A stretch of 64,000 bases of DNA from Eledone cirrhosa (taxonomy: Eukaryota). The notes under the pieces are model-generated. The model did not search any database. It worked only from the letters and a program-made list of their open reading frames with translations, and was not told the DNA's origin. The stretch lies in NCBI GenBank assembly GCA_964016885.1, contig OZ024747.1, forward strand, positions 44,888,001 to 44,952,000. Direction: 5' to 3'. A program made the position numbers and the translations under genes. Positions 13,851 to 28,356 of this stretch are shown one piece after another (within the stretch, counting starts at the first letter, position 1; every line of letters starts with the position of its first letter).

Positions 13851-13952
13851 TATTTATATATAAATACCATTTGACAGAATTGATTGCAGCTTTACTATCC
13901 ACATGTTATAGTCATTTAGCATTAGATCAATCTTACATGTGCAAACTTATGA

Positions 13953-14153
13953 TTAACTCTTGAGCATTTAAACCAGCTATATCCACCTCTTTCTGTTCAA
14001 ACTGATTGTAACTGGCCACTCATACAGATGTTAACGTATTATTCTCAAAATAAATGATATCAAAGTCTCATAGATTCGATATCATGTAAGATAAAACCTT
14101 TTCTGTGAAAATACAATAGTAAATATAAAGTAATGTAAATGCTAAAGGGTTAA
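13953..14153. mobile_element. TTAA-flanked piggyBac-type MITE
   Basis: TTAACTCTTGAGCATTTA ... TAAATGCTAAAGGGTTAA; inverted homolog of 5817-6045. Confidence 0.7.
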
Positions 14154-15418
14154 GAGTGTTCCATCTCAGACCATCACTCTTTTTATTCAGTGTATCAAGG
14201 ACTTCATTATCCAATATGTCCTGCATGATTTAAAATAGATTTGACTACCATTTCTAGCTAGCTGAGCAGCTGTGTAGAGTCATTTTTATTGTTTTGATCA
14301 TTGTCTACGTGCTTTTGATCATTGTCTACGTGCTTTTGATGTTGTTGATGTTGGTTAACCCTTTGTCAACCTTGATCAAATACATTCTAGATATTGCCAT
14401 CACATTTTTGAGAAGTATGTAGAGCTACACTATCTAAGTTAAGATGGAAAATGTGATTTGGGAGATATTGGCTGCTATTTCCAGCAACTTGAGTGATCAC
14501 ATTAAGGTTTCTTCATTTGCGCTAAAGTTTTAAACTTAGCTCTATGTTGGAGAATATATGTTTCTTCACCAACAAAGGACTCTGTCCCAAACATTAGTAT
14601 TTTTTTATCTCCTCAGACAAAAATATTTTTCTATTTTTGGAATTTTATTGAAATGATTCATTTTTGCCAAACACAGTTTGTGCTATTTTACTTCTCCTTA
14701 AATGCATTTTATTATTTTGTTTCTTCCATCACCAATTTGAGTTCAATTCCCACTTGGTTGAATTGGTGCTTCAATACTCAGAGATCAACCCCCCCCCCCC
14801 CCAACTCAACTCCTGTAATATACTAAGATCAATTTAATCGATTCAATCTCTTGCAAAATTGGCCAGATTGGTATTCAAAGGAAATCAATAATTATTGGTA
14901 GTTCTACTTTAGTTTGAATTTATAAATTATTACTTGCAATATAATGGGAGAAATAAATATTGTCCTATTCCAAAATGTCTCCCAAAACAAATTTTTACGA
15001 TATAGTCACTTATAAATCCAATATTCAATTAATTTGAATCATGTTGTGTTCAAATGACAATAAAGTAAAGTGCAGCTTGAGTTGTTGGAACAAAAGATTA
15101 TAAATAAAATAAAGTCATAACAACAATCAATACATATCAGCCTACAATACTAACATGTAATAATAAGGATTTATAAATTCTGTACAAAGCCACAAATTTT
15201 CGATGGAGGGTGTGGGGTAGGGTTGAGATTTATAGTAAATTGACTGGCACTTATTTCATCAAAGCTTGTAAATATGAATAGAAGACAAAACTGATCGTGG
15301 TTGGATTTGAACTCAGAAGAATGTAAAAAAAAGTGTAACTAAATACTGTGAAAGTTTTTGTCCAATACTTTACAGGCTCTACCGATCTATTGTTCTCAAT
15401 ACTCTAATAATAATAATG

Positions 15419-15453
<35 letters not shown>

Positions 15454-15498
15454 TGTTTCTACTTTTGGCACAAGGCCAGCAATTACCCAGTACATTAC

Positions 15499-16681
15499 AG
15501 GACGTGGGTTAATCCAGTTAGACATTGCATTGAAAACTGCAACAATTGGATTATCTACATATCTAAGGGAATCACATGATTGGATGATCAAACTCGTTTT
15601 GAAACACGAAAGCATCAAAAGATCATATTCCATTACAAAAGATGCACAAAGATACAGTAATGGACTACAAATTTCAGAAGTCCCATTTACTGCTGAAATG
15701 GAAAACACAGAAAAAGCAAAGCAGGTAAAAGTAACTGCAAAGAAAGAACTGCTACAGAAACTGGCTAAGAAATAGCAAGAAAAGCCTCTGTATGGAAAAT
15801 ACCCAGAACGAGCTAACAATCCTGATGTTGACAAAACTTTAACCCATCAGTGGTTGGCATCCTCTGGACTGAAATCGGAGACTGAAGGACTGATTATATC
15901 AGCACAAGATCAGTGTCTGCCAACAAAAAATTACCAAGCCAACATAATAAAAAATGGATGCAGCCCATTATGCCGTGTATGCAAAAAACAACCAGAGACC
16001 ATTGACCATATAATTTCAATGTGCAGTCCTATAGCTCCAACCGAATACCTAAACAGGCATGATAGAGCTGCACAATACATACATTGGAAAATGTGTAAGC
16101 ATTTTGACCTGCCCCATTAAAAGAATTGGTGCGAGCATCAACCACCTCCCATACTTGAAAAAGATCACATCTCAATCTTGTGGAACTTTAGCATCCAAAC
16201 AGACCGAAAAATAGATGCAAATAGACCTGATATAATATTGAAGGACTTTAAAAAGAGGGTACACCTGCTAATTGATATGTCCGTTCCAATAGACAAGAAT
16301 GTATCTATAAAAACATTTGAAAAATTGAGCAAGTATAAGGACCTGGAGATAGAAATTGGAAAAATGTGGAAATTGAGAACTAAAACAATACCAGTGGTTG
16401 TAGGCGCTCTGGGAATGATACCTAAGGGGTCTAATGATTACTTATCGCAAATCCCAGGAAACCCGCATATAGGAGAAATACAAAAGATAGTACTAATGGG
16501 AACTGTCCATATACTAAGGAAGATTCTGTCAATATAAGTACATCACAAGTCTAAACACTAAAGATGCATGTGTGAGTATGTATGTTCTTTCTTGAACATG
16601 GCGGACCTTGTTGTCTCTTGAGGTCACTGGTTGTGACTTGGTGATAACTCGTATGAACATAAAGCAAGATAAATGCAACTG
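15499..16681 (+). mobile_element. 5'-truncated R4/Dong-like RLE non-LTR retrotransposon, family A
   Basis: CCHC knuckle CRVCKKQPETIDHIISMC, RPD..D endonuclease motif, in-frame stops, (TAA)n tail; near-identical to 23865-25050. Confidence 0.92.
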
Positions 16682-16699
16682 TAATAATAATAATAATAA

Positions 16700-17098
16700 T
16701 TGTTTCTACTTTTGGCACAAGGCCAGCGATTACCCAGTACATTACTGGTACTTTATTTTATCGACCCCGTAAGGATGAAAGACAAAGTTAACCTCGGTGG
16801 GATTTGAACTCAGAATGGCAAGGGCCGTAACTCTATGTGTCAAAGCATGGCGTCCGACCCTCTACCGATACTGCCAATCCACGCAATAATAATGGTTTCT
16901 AGTATAGGCCCAAAGCCAGCAATTTGGGGGAGGAGAAAGTCAATTAAATCAACTCCACTACGTTACTGGTACTTTATTTTATCGATCCTGTAAGAATGAA
17001 AGGCAAAACTAACCTCGGTGGGATTTGAATTGAGACCATAACTCTATGCCGCAAAGCATGGTGTTTGATGCTCTACCTATACTGCCAATCCACCACCC
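16700..17098 (-). mobile_element. Two tandem tRNA-derived Nin-like SINEs
   Basis: Reverse complements of the 13666 element at 16700-16884 and about 16893-17098. Confidence 0.85.
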
Positions 17099-17135
<37 letters not shown>

Positions 17136-17526
17136 CTGACCTGGTGGTTTTGGACAAGGTAAAAAGATTGTGCCTGATTGTAAATGTAGCCTGCCCATTT
17201 GACACGAGAGTGCAAGAAAAGGAGAGGGAGAAAATTAACCCATACCAGGACTTAAAGTGGGAGTTAAAAAGGATTTGGAACTGCCATGAAGTCAAGGTCG
17301 TCCCGATTGTCATAGGTGCACTAGGTACTATCTCAAAGAGTTTCCAAGGATGATTAAAGAAGATTAGTCCAGCTCCGCTTTTTGGAACACTTCAAAAGAC
17401 ATGCTTGCTGGGAACAGCAAGAACCCTCCGATACGTCCTGAATGTCTGAGGCTGCAGGTAGCAGCTGGATATTCATTTCAACAAGCTTTCCAGTTAAATA
17501 ACATCAATGACTGAGTCTCAAAGAAC
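17136..17526 (+). mobile_element. R4/Dong-like family B, short 3' fragment
   Basis: DLVVLDK..VACPFD..KINPYQDLKWEL endonuclease region flanked by (TAA)n. Confidence 0.9.
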
Positions 17527-17574
<48 letters not shown>

Positions 17575-17575
<1 letters not shown>

Positions 17576-18824
17576 TGATAAGATCTGAATACATTCGGAG
17601 AGTAAGGAGCGTATTAAAGTCACATCTGAACAGTAGGAATGCCATAAGTGCAGTAAATTCCCGAGCTGTGTCTATTATTAGGTACAGTGCGGGAATTCTG
17701 AGATGGAATGTTGCTGAACAAAAAGAAATGGATAGGAAGACTAGGAAGCTATTGACTATCTACAACATGTTCCACAAGAGGAGTGATGTCGATAGACTCT
17801 ATTTAAGGAGATCTGAAGGTGGAAGAGGTCTTATCAACATAGAGGACTGTGTTCAGATGGAGAAAAACAACCTACACAAATACGTGACTGATAGTAAGGA
17901 GCCAATGCTCAGAACTGTACTGAAGGAGAGGACAATAGACCAGGGGATGTCCAAGGAGGAAATAACAACAAGAAGAAAGAGCAGCCTTCATGAAAAATCC
18001 CTTCATAGTACCTTCTTTGAAAAAACTGAATTCAGAGATCCACAGACATGGAACTGGTTGAAAAGAGGAGACCTTAAAAAGGCTACAGAAGGAATGTTAA
18101 TGGCTGCGCAAGAGCAGGCCCTCAAAGCGAAGTGGTTGAAACACCATATTTACAAGGAGAAGGTTAGCCCACTGTGCAGGATCTGTGGAGAGAGAGAGGA
18201 GACTGTGGCTCACATTGTATCCGAGTGTAAACACCTAGCCCAGACTCACTATAAGGGCTGGAGACATGATGTGATGGGCAGGGTGATCCACTGGCACCTA
18301 TGCAAAGTAAACAATTTACCACATTCTGAGAAGTGGTATGAGCATAAGCCAGAGTCGGTGATAGAAAACGATCAGGTGAAGGTGCTGTGGGATTTTAGTA
18401 TACAGACAGACATGAAACTGGAACACAATAGACCTGACCTAGTGGTTTTGGACAAAGAAAAAAGATTGGGCCTGATTATGGATGTGGCCTGCCCATTCGA
18501 CACGAGAGTGCAAGAAAAGGAGAGGGAGAAAATTAACCGATACCAGGACTTAAAGTGGGTGGTAAAAAGGATTTGGAACTGCCATGAAGTCAAAGTGGTC
18601 CCGATTGTCATAGGCGCACTAGGTACTATCTCAAAAAGTTTCCAGGGATGGTTAAAGAAAATTGGCCCCGCCACGCTTTTTGGAATGTTTCAAAAGGCAT
18701 GCTTGCTGGGAACAGCAAGAACCCTCCGATACGTCCTGAATATCTGAGGCTGCAGGTAGTGGCTTGATATTCATTTCAACAAACTTTCCAGTTAACTAAC
18801 ATCAATGACTGAGACTCAAAGAAC
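17575..18824 (+). mobile_element. R4/Dong-like family B, 5'-truncated, with an open 390-aa C-terminal frame
   Basis: CRICGEREETVAHIVSEC, RHD, RPDLVVLD, DVACP; (TAA)n on both sides. Confidence 0.93.
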
Positions 18825-18855
<31 letters not shown>

Positions 18856-20111
18856 GGTGTTCTGCAAGCAGATGACAACAAGAACAAAAAAATGAAGGAA
18901 TTGATAAGATCTGAGTACATTCGGAGAGTAAGGAGCGTATTAAAATCACACCTGAACAGTAGGAATGCCATAAGTGCAGTAAATTCCCGAGCTGTGTCTA
19001 TTATTAGGAACAGTGCGGAAATTCTGAAATGGAATGTTGCTGATCAAAAAGACATGGATTGGAAAACTAGGAAGCTATTGACTATCTACAACATGTTCCA
19101 CAAGAGGAGTGATGTCGATAGACTCTACTTAAGGAGATCTGAAGGTGGAAGGGGTTTTATCAGCATAGAGGACTGTGTTCAGATGGAGAAAAACAATCTA
19201 CACAAATACGTGACTGACAGTAGGGAGCCAATGCTCAGAATTGTACTGAAGGAGAGAACAATAGACCAGGGGATGTCCAAGGAGGAAGAGCAACCTTCAT
19301 GAAAAATCCATTCATAGTACCTTCTTTGAGAAAACTGAATTTAGAGGTCCACAGACATGGAACTGTTTGAAAAGAGGAGACCTTAAAAAGGCTACAGAAG
19401 GAATGCTAATGGCTGCGCAAGAGCAGCCCCTCAAAACGAAGTGGGTGAAACACCATATTTACAAGGAGGAGGCTAGCCCACTGTAGGATCTGTGGAGAGA
19501 GAGAGGAGACTGAGGCTCACATTGTATCCGAGTGTAAACACCTAGCCCAGACTCACTATAAATGCTGGAGACATGATGGGCAGGGTGATCTACTGGCACC
19601 TATGCAAAGTAAACAATTTACCACATTCTGAGAAGTGGTATGAGCATAAACCAGAGTCGGTGATAGAAAACGATCAGGTGAAGGTGCTGTGGGATTTTAG
19701 GATACAGACGAACAAGAAATTGGAACAGAATAGACCTGACCTGGTGGTTTTGGACAATGAAAAATGATCGTGCCTGATTGTAGATGTAGCCTGCCCATTC
19801 GACACGAGAGTGCAAGAGAAGGAGAGGGAGAAAATTAACCGATACCAGGACTTAAAGTGGGAGGTAAAAAGGATTTGGAACCGCCGATTGTCATAGGCGC
19901 ACTAGGTAATATCTCAAAAAGTTTCCAAGGATGGTTAAAGAAGATTAGTCCAGACCCGCTTTTTGGAACACTTCAAAAGGCATGCTTGCTGGGAAAAGCA
20001 AGAACCCTCCGATAGGTCCTGAATATCTGAGGTTGCTTGCAGGTAGTGGCTTGATATTTATTTCAACAAACTTTCCAATTAAATAACATTAATGACTGAG
20101 ACTCAAAGAAC
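18856..20111 (+). mobile_element. R4/Dong-like family B, 5'-truncated, frameshifted
   Basis: Collinear homolog of 17575-18824 with small deletions and stops. Confidence 0.92.
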
Positions 20112-20150
20112 ACTAATCATAATAATAATAATAATAATAATAATAGAAGA

Positions 20151-21173
20151 CGCACGTGGTAGATAGAGTGTTATGGAATCGCTCCCGTAAGTTTTTGATT
20201 TTTAACATATTTAAAACAATTGTGATATAACAATTCTTAGTACAAATGGGACATAAAGCACCAGGCTGTGCTCTCAGGAAATGAAAACCCATAATATCCT
20301 GTTATATCGCTCAAATATTCAATTTTGTATTATAAATTTTATATTCAAAAAAGAAAATGGTTATAAATGGAAGAAAATCCCCTCTGTCTACACTATATAG
20401 AACAGCCAAATAACAGCAATTTCATCACCACAACAACCTAGATACACCACCTATCCCATCACCCCTCTGTGTACACTAAATACAACAGCCAGATAACGGC
20501 AATTTCACCACCACCACCACCACCAATCCCAGCATAATAATAATAATTACTATTATTGTAACTCAAGTTTACTCAAAATGTTTAATTCAAATATTGAGGA
20601 AATATGTCAACACATATATTAAACATACGCGACAAACCGCATAGATACACAGATCAAACAAACGCATCCTACTACAGTCTATTCAACAAAACTCAGTAAC
20701 GACAATGCCATTACTATAGTCACCGCCGCCACCACTCCATCATTGCTACCAATATCCCATCACCGCCGCCACCACTCCTTCATTGCTACCACCACTATTC
20801 CCCCCACTACCTTCTGTTAACTTAAGAAAGGGGAAGGTGGCGGTATCAGTAGACAAGGGAGAGGCTAGCAAAAGATATAAATAGACTGACTTAGTGACTC
20901 GGTCAAACGTCAACGACTATGGAACTGCTGGCTCCTCCCTTCTCCACCAACAATAGAAAAAGCCCCAGCACCACCACCGACATAGCCAACAACAACAACA
21001 GGCAACTTCAACAAAAAGTATATTATTTTATTAATAATAATTTGATTCTTAAGCCACGCAATGCTCACATTAAGGAACCACTCATGATAATAACAATTTA
21101 AAAAACAACAAAAAAAGAAAACCCGTGACCAAGAAATACCAGGATGGCGGCCGGCGGGCAATAGCTGTGTCTC
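20151..21173. other. Unclassified 1-kb segment, either an insertion or a long 5' UTR, flanked by TAGAAGA direct repeats
   Basis: TAGAAGA at 20144-20150 and 21174-21180; short internal duplications; no coding signal. Confidence 0.35.
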
Positions 21174-24100
21174 TAGAAGAGGACGACCCTTCTAGTCTTG
21201 GTTGACACTCGTCCTAGAAGTGGTAACACGAAATGATTACCCTTGGTGGTTAAGGATAAAACGCGTCAAAATAAAGTAAATGTCAAATGATAAAATCTCA
21301 TACCAGATCGGCCGTCACCCGGGTCAAAAAGGGCCACGTCCCTCAGAGAGGAACCAGACTGGGGTCGAAAAATCAGCTAATGGTTCAAAACTTCCCATCA
21401 CTTCGGAGCTGGAGACCTCCCATAACCGGAATACTCCTACTGTTGGCTCTCCATGCTCACCACCAAGAAATCCAAAGAAAAAGAGAGAAAAATGGTCAAT
21501 GGAAGACAATAAAGAAGACCTTGAGGCTTTCTACACTGCCATGTACTACCCATCAAATAGATTGAATACAGAACAGACATATATCCACTGGAAAAAGAAA
21601 CATCCGAAAACAGAGGCTATATTGATAGTAACAAACTAGCCAATATACAAAGAAATATTGTTAAAAAAAAGTTACTAACTGATATAGAAATTGATCAGAT
21701 CAAGCTATTAGCACAGAGTCAGCGAAGGGAAAATGAAACATGTGTCAGTGAAAACGAGGTAAATTGTAATACTTCGAATCCCACTGACAGCAGAACAAAT
21801 TAAAGAAAGGATCGAAAAAGTGGAGGGAGTACATGTTCAAGATGAAACTCAAAATGAAAACAATGAGATTATAAATGATAAAGAAATGAATGAGAATGAA
21901 CTTGCCAACTTGAAGGATGAAATTATGATCAAATGGATGAAAATGAAAGAATCTGACATGGGAGAACGAGACACTCTCCCTAAGATCCAGAACTCCAAAC
22001 AGAACCAAAAGATAATACACAAGACTAACATAATTCTCAAAAACATTATCATCACAAACAAACTAAACATTACTGATCTAAATCATCTCTATTATGCATC
22101 GGCTAAAGTCACCACTCACTTATGTGGAGTGAAAATGAAAAAACAAAGGAATTCCCACAAGAAATCTACTTGGCAAGAGAACATCAATCGCCAAATAAAC
22201 TTTCTCCAATCTGACATAGAAATTTTAACAAACTACAAAGTAGGTGAACATGTTAAACAAACTAAACTTAGAAAATTGAAAAGAAAATATAGTATAAAAT
22301 CAACAAGTGACATAGACATGCTGATAGAAATAATCAAGCAAAAAGTGTCGGCCAAAGCTGCTCGTATAAGGCGCTTTGAAAAACGATCTAGATTCTATAA
22401 CAAAACGATCTAGATTCTATATGTTCAAAAACAACCAAAGAGACTTCTACAGAAAAATTGGCAAGTCACCAATAACTGCTAAATCAATACCACCCAATGA
22501 GGAAGTGCAAGAATTCTGGGAAAAGATCTAGGCCGAAGAAAAAGTTCATAGTATACATGCCCCGTGGATAGACAGACAAATGAAAGATACAGCTCACCTC
22601 GAGGAACAAACATGGGAAAATATGACAGTTGAACAGTTGCGTTTGGCTCTTAGAAAAACCAGCAAATGGAAATCCTCAGGAAAAGATAAAATACCAAATT
22701 TTTGGATAAATGCCTTCACAGTCTCATGAGCTGTTAGCCCAACTTTACAATGAAATAGTTAAGGAGCCAGAAAAGATACTATCATGGCTAGTTAACGGCA
22801 TTACATTCCTACTTCCGAAGAATGATGAGACAAACAATCCCCAAAATTACAGACCGATAACTTGCTTGACCATAATGTATAAAATTTTAACATCAGTCCT
22901 AACTGAATATACATATGACCACCTGATAACAAATGATCTATTTCCCAATGAGCAGAAAGGGTGTAAACGAGGCTCATATGGCTGTAAAGATCAGCTTTTG
23001 GTTAACCAAACGATATTGGAAGATTGTCATAATAGACACAAAAATCTATCAATTGCTTGGATAGATTATAAAAAAGCATTCGATAGTTTGCCACACAGTT
23101 GGATTGAAAAATGTTTAGAGATTTTCAAAATATCTCCCGTTGTCAGGAGGTTCCTGTCATTCAGTATGAAGACATGGAAAATGACACTCCTTTTGAATGG
23201 TGAAAAAAAATCACTGGAAGCTGGAGAAGTTAATATTAATTGTAGAATTTTTCAGGGTGACTCTTTATCACCGCTTTTATTCTGCATCGCACTTATACCA
23301 TTAAGTAAAATGCTCAATGAAACAAAACATGGATATAAAGTCTATGACAAAACCATTAATCACTTGTTCTACATGGATGACCTGAAACTATTTGCAAAAA
23401 ATGATGAACAATTGCAAGGGTTATTATCCACTGTGAAGCAGTTCAGTGATGACATTAAAATAGAGTTTGGACTAGATAAATGTGCCAAAGCAACATTCAC
23501 CAGAGGAAAGCTGCTGAAAAGTTCAGACATTAATCTTGATCGGGGGAATGTGATAAGAGAACTTGATCAAGAGGAAACTTACAAATATCTAGGTGTTTGT
23601 GAAGGAGACGGAATCAAGCACTCGACAATGAGGGAAAGGATAAAGAAGGAATGTTACTGCAGAGTAAGAGCAATCTTAAGAACGGAATTGAATGCAAGGA
23701 TTGATGCCATAAACACGCTTGCCATACCAGTAGTAACCTACAGTTAAATGTCATCAACTGGTCAAGCACAGAGATCCGTAGGCTCGATACAAAAATTAGA
23801 AAATGCACAGAATGCATCACCCTAAGGCAGATACAGATAGAATATATCTCCCTAGGAAAGAAGGAGGGCGTGGATTAATCCAGTTAGATATTGCATTGAA
23901 AACTGCAACAATTGGATTATGTACATATCTAAGGGAATCACATGATTGGATAATCAAACTCGTTTTGAAACACGAAAGCATCAAAAAATCATACTCCATT
24001 ACAAAAGATGCACAAAGACACAGTAATGGACTATAAATTTCAGAAGTTCCATTTACTGCTGAAATGAAAAACACAGAAAAAGCAAAGCAGGTAAAAGTAA

Positions 24101-25050
24101 CTGCAAAGAAAGAACTGCTACAGAAACTGGCTAAGAAATGGCAAGCAAAGCCTCTGTATGGAAAATACCCAGAAAGAGCTAACAATCCTGATGTTGACAA
24201 AACTTTAACCCATCAGTGGTTGGCATCCTCTGGACTGAAATCGGAGACTGAAGGACTGATTATATCAGCACAAGATCAGTGTCTGCCAACAAAAAATTAC
24301 CAAGCCAACATAATAAAAAATGGATGCAACCCATTAAGCCGTGTATGTAAAAAACAATCAGAGGCCATTGATCATATAATTTCAATGTGCAGTCCTATAG
24401 CTCCAACCGAATACCTAAACAGGCATGACAGAGCAGCACAATACATACATTGGATAATGTGTAAGCATTTTGACCTGCCCCATCAAAAGAATTGGTGGGA
24501 GCATCAACCACCTCCCATACTTGGAAAAGATCAAATCTCAATATTGTGGAACTTTAGCATCCAAACAGACCGAAAAATAGATGCAAATAGACCTGATATA
24601 ATATTGAAGGATTTTAAAAAGAGGGTATGCCTGCTAATTGATATGTCCGTTCCAATAGACAAGAATGTATCTATAAAAACATTTGAAAAATTGAGCAAGT
24701 ATAAGGACCTGGAGATAGAAATTGGAAAAATGTGGAAATTGAGAACTAAAACAATACCAGTGGTTGTAGGTGCTCTAGGAATGATACCTAAGGGGTCTAA
24801 TGATTACTTATCGCAAATCCCAGGAAACCCGCGTATAGGAGAAATACAAAAGATAGTACTAATGGGAACTGCCCATATACTAAGGAAGATTCTGTCAATA
24901 TAAGTACATCACAAGTCTAAACACCTAAAGATGCATGTGTGTGTGTATGTATGTTCTTTCTTGAACATGGCGGACTTTGTTGTCTCTTGAGGTCACTGGT
25001 TGTGACTTGGTGATAACTCATATGAACATAAAGCAAGATAAATGCAACTG
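21174..25050 (+). mobile_element. Near full-length, disrupted R4/Dong-like RLE non-LTR retrotransposon, family A
   Basis: ORF pieces from 21280; RT motifs NYRPITCL, DYKKAFDS, QGDSLSP, YMDD; CCHC and RPD endonuclease at 24064-24903; (TAA)n tail. Confidence 0.95.
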
Positions 25051-25134
25051 TAATAATAATAATAATAATTATTATTATTATTAATATTTCTTTATTATTA
25101 TTATTAATATTTCTTTTATAATAATAATAAACTG

Positions 25135-25415
25135 AGACTGAAGTTAAAGATGAGGTAGTAGGAATAAGATACTGGCCATCAGCACACAGGCTGTTGCAGT
25201 GCTAAGATATAGAACTGGTGTGATATAGTGGAGATGTGATGAACTTAAGGAGCTTGATAGAAAGATCAGGAAAATGATGACACTACAAGGGGCTCTTCAC
25301 CCCAAAGGGAACGTGGACAGCTTGTATCTATCACGATAGAGAAGAGAAATGGTATGAACACCAATAGGAAACGGTGGCTGAAAATGAACAGTATAATATC
25401 TTGTGGGACAAGATC
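25135..25415 (+). mobile_element. Old fragments of a third R4/Dong-like family
   Basis: Reads ELKELDRKIRKMMTLQGALHPKGNVDSLYL and KWYEHQ..ENEQYNILWD. Confidence 0.7.
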
Positions 25416-26623
25416 TTGTGAGTATGTGTGTGTGTGGGTTTGCATAGATGCATAGCAGGCTAATTAATCATTATTTAGCTTGTACTTTTCCGTCTTCTTT
25501 CTTTTTTATTGACCTTGTCTGGATGAATGAATGAATGGAATGTGCTGATGGTCATTGCAGGCTTGTTGAAATCAGAAGGATAAAAGACCAATCTGACCTC
25601 AGTAGGATTTGAATGTAAATAAATATTGGAAGACATTTTATCCATTTTTCCAAATTTACCAAATGTCCCACCCTCACTGATCCTAATTGTTTTCAAACAT
25701 AGTCACAAGACTCATATTTGGAGGAGAAGTGTAGTCAATTATATTGAACCTGGAAAAATGAAAGGTAAAGCCAAAATTAGCAGGATTCTAAAATAAAGTA
25801 TAAAAGGTCATCAGTAAATGATAAAAGAAAACATGAATAAGATAAATGCTTTCCACAATTAGTGCTTCAAGAAAGTCTGTTGTATATTCTAGTCCAACAA
25901 AGTGTGAAACAGGGTGAAATAGTAAAGTCCTTAACCCTTTTGATATCAAACTGTCTTTAACTGTCCTATATTTATCTAAAAACCTCCCAACATTATGTAA
26001 GAACCTGTGTTAATAACAAGAAAGTTGGTTATATTATTAACTACTCAACTTCTTGAAAATTTAAAAAAATTATTTGCAAACCATAGACATTGTCTTTAAT
26101 TAAAAATATGGTAATGAAATAATTAATAAAGAAGAACACACTCAGAATGGACAAAAAACAGAACACCAAAGGTAGAAATAAGATAGAAATCATATGAAAA
26201 GTGGAAACTTTGACAGCTAAGAACACCTGACGTAGCAATGTATCTTGTATGGAGCATGACTCAGAAAGGTTTCTGAAGACGGGTCTAATTTACTGTGAAT
26301 CATTAAAGCCTTATTTCTTAATCAGGAAGAAAAGGATTAATAAATAATCATAGATCTATATAAATGTATGAGTTGAATGCAAAGAGAGATGAAATAAGGA
26401 CGTTAAAAACATTGAGTTTTATAAGACTAGACAAGCTGAATGAAATTTGAATCTGATTAGTTTAGTTGCTTCATCAGAATCAACTAGTAACAACTTCACT
26501 AAATACTTTAGTCATATATTGTTAGTGTTTTGTAAGTCTGAGTTAATATGTTCTTTATTAAGCTTACACATTTCAGCGGTATTTTAACACCTTTAAAAGA
26601 TTAGCAGAGTTCTTTAATGTATG

Positions 26624-26663
<40 letters not shown>

Positions 26664-26844
26664 TGACATCATCACAATTGCTGTCTTTCCCATTATCAAT
26701 GTCATCATTATCACCATCATCATCATCCTTATCACTTAACATTATCATCATTATCTCTATTATTGTCCTTATGAACATGATCATTCTCACATTCCAAAAG
26801 TATGGACTACAGTACTCTAAAAATAGTCATTCTAAGATAATTGC

Positions 26845-27400
26845 ATACATATATATATATATACACACACATATATATATATATACATATATAAATACAC
26901 ACACACACACACGCACACATACATATATATACATACACCTGCATTCTCACATACACATAAAATGCATGCATATACAATATATATATATACACACACATAT
27001 ATATATATATACATATATAAATACACACACACACACACGCACACACATACATATATATACATACACCTGCATTCTCACACACACATAAAATGCATGCATA
27101 TACAATATATATATATACACACATATATATATATATATACATATATAAATACACACACACACACATGCACACACATACATATATATACATACACCTGCAT
27201 TCTCACACACACATAAAATGCATGCATATACAATATATATATATACACACATATATATATATATATATGCATATATAAATACACACATATACACACACAC
27301 ACATGCACACACACAGACACATACATATATATATATACACACACATACATATATACATATGTATGTGTGTGTATATATATATACATATATATATATAAAA
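26845..27400. repeat. Compound (TA)/(CA) microsatellite with about 128-bp higher-order period
   Basis: CACCTGCATTCTCAC..AAAATGCATGCATATACAA recurs near 26936, 27065 and 27193. Confidence 0.9.
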
Positions 27401-27669
27401 CCACATACTTATAAATCTATTTCCATTGCATATTGTAATTTTCATTTAAAAAAAAACATTTTTTTGTTTTTAGTTGATTATTTTCTTTAATTTTATTCAA
27501 TTTTATTTCATTTTGACATGAATTAGGACATTTTATATTTAAATTTAGGAATTTTTCCTTGTCGATTTAAAGTACAACTGTATATTATCTACCTGATCAG
27601 GTCTATTTTCATATGTCCATCATTTTAAATTTCACCATCATCCTGATTATTATTGCTATCTTATTGATC

Positions 27670-27971
27670 ATTATCATCATCATCACCACCACCACCACCA
27701 CAACCACCACCATCATCACCACCACCACCAGCAGCAGTACCATCATCACCACCACCACCACCACCACCACCACCACCACCACCACCATCATCACCACCAC
27801 CACCAGCAGCAGTGCCATCATCACCACCACCACCACCACCATTATTATTATTATTTTTATTATTATTGTTCTTTCTATTACTGCTACAGCAGCAGCTGCC
27901 ACTGCTTACATGCCACCACCACCACCACCACCAACAACAACAACACCACGACCACCACTACCACCACCATC

Positions 27972-28003
<32 letters not shown>

Positions 28004-28073
28004 CAACACCACCGTCACTGCCACCACCACCACCACCAACAACAACAACACCACGACCACCACTACCACCACC

Positions 28074-28105
<32 letters not shown>

Positions 28106-28157
28106 CAACACCACCGTCACTGCCACCACCACCAGCACCACCAACAACAACAACACC

Positions 28158-28189
<32 letters not shown>

Positions 28190-28262
28190 CACCACCGTCA
28201 CTGCCACCACCACCACCAACAACAACAACAACACCACGACCACGACCACCACCACCACCACC

Positions 28263-28293
<31 letters not shown>

Positions 28294-28310
28294 CCACCGT
28301 CAATGCCACC

Positions 28311-28356
<46 letters not shown>

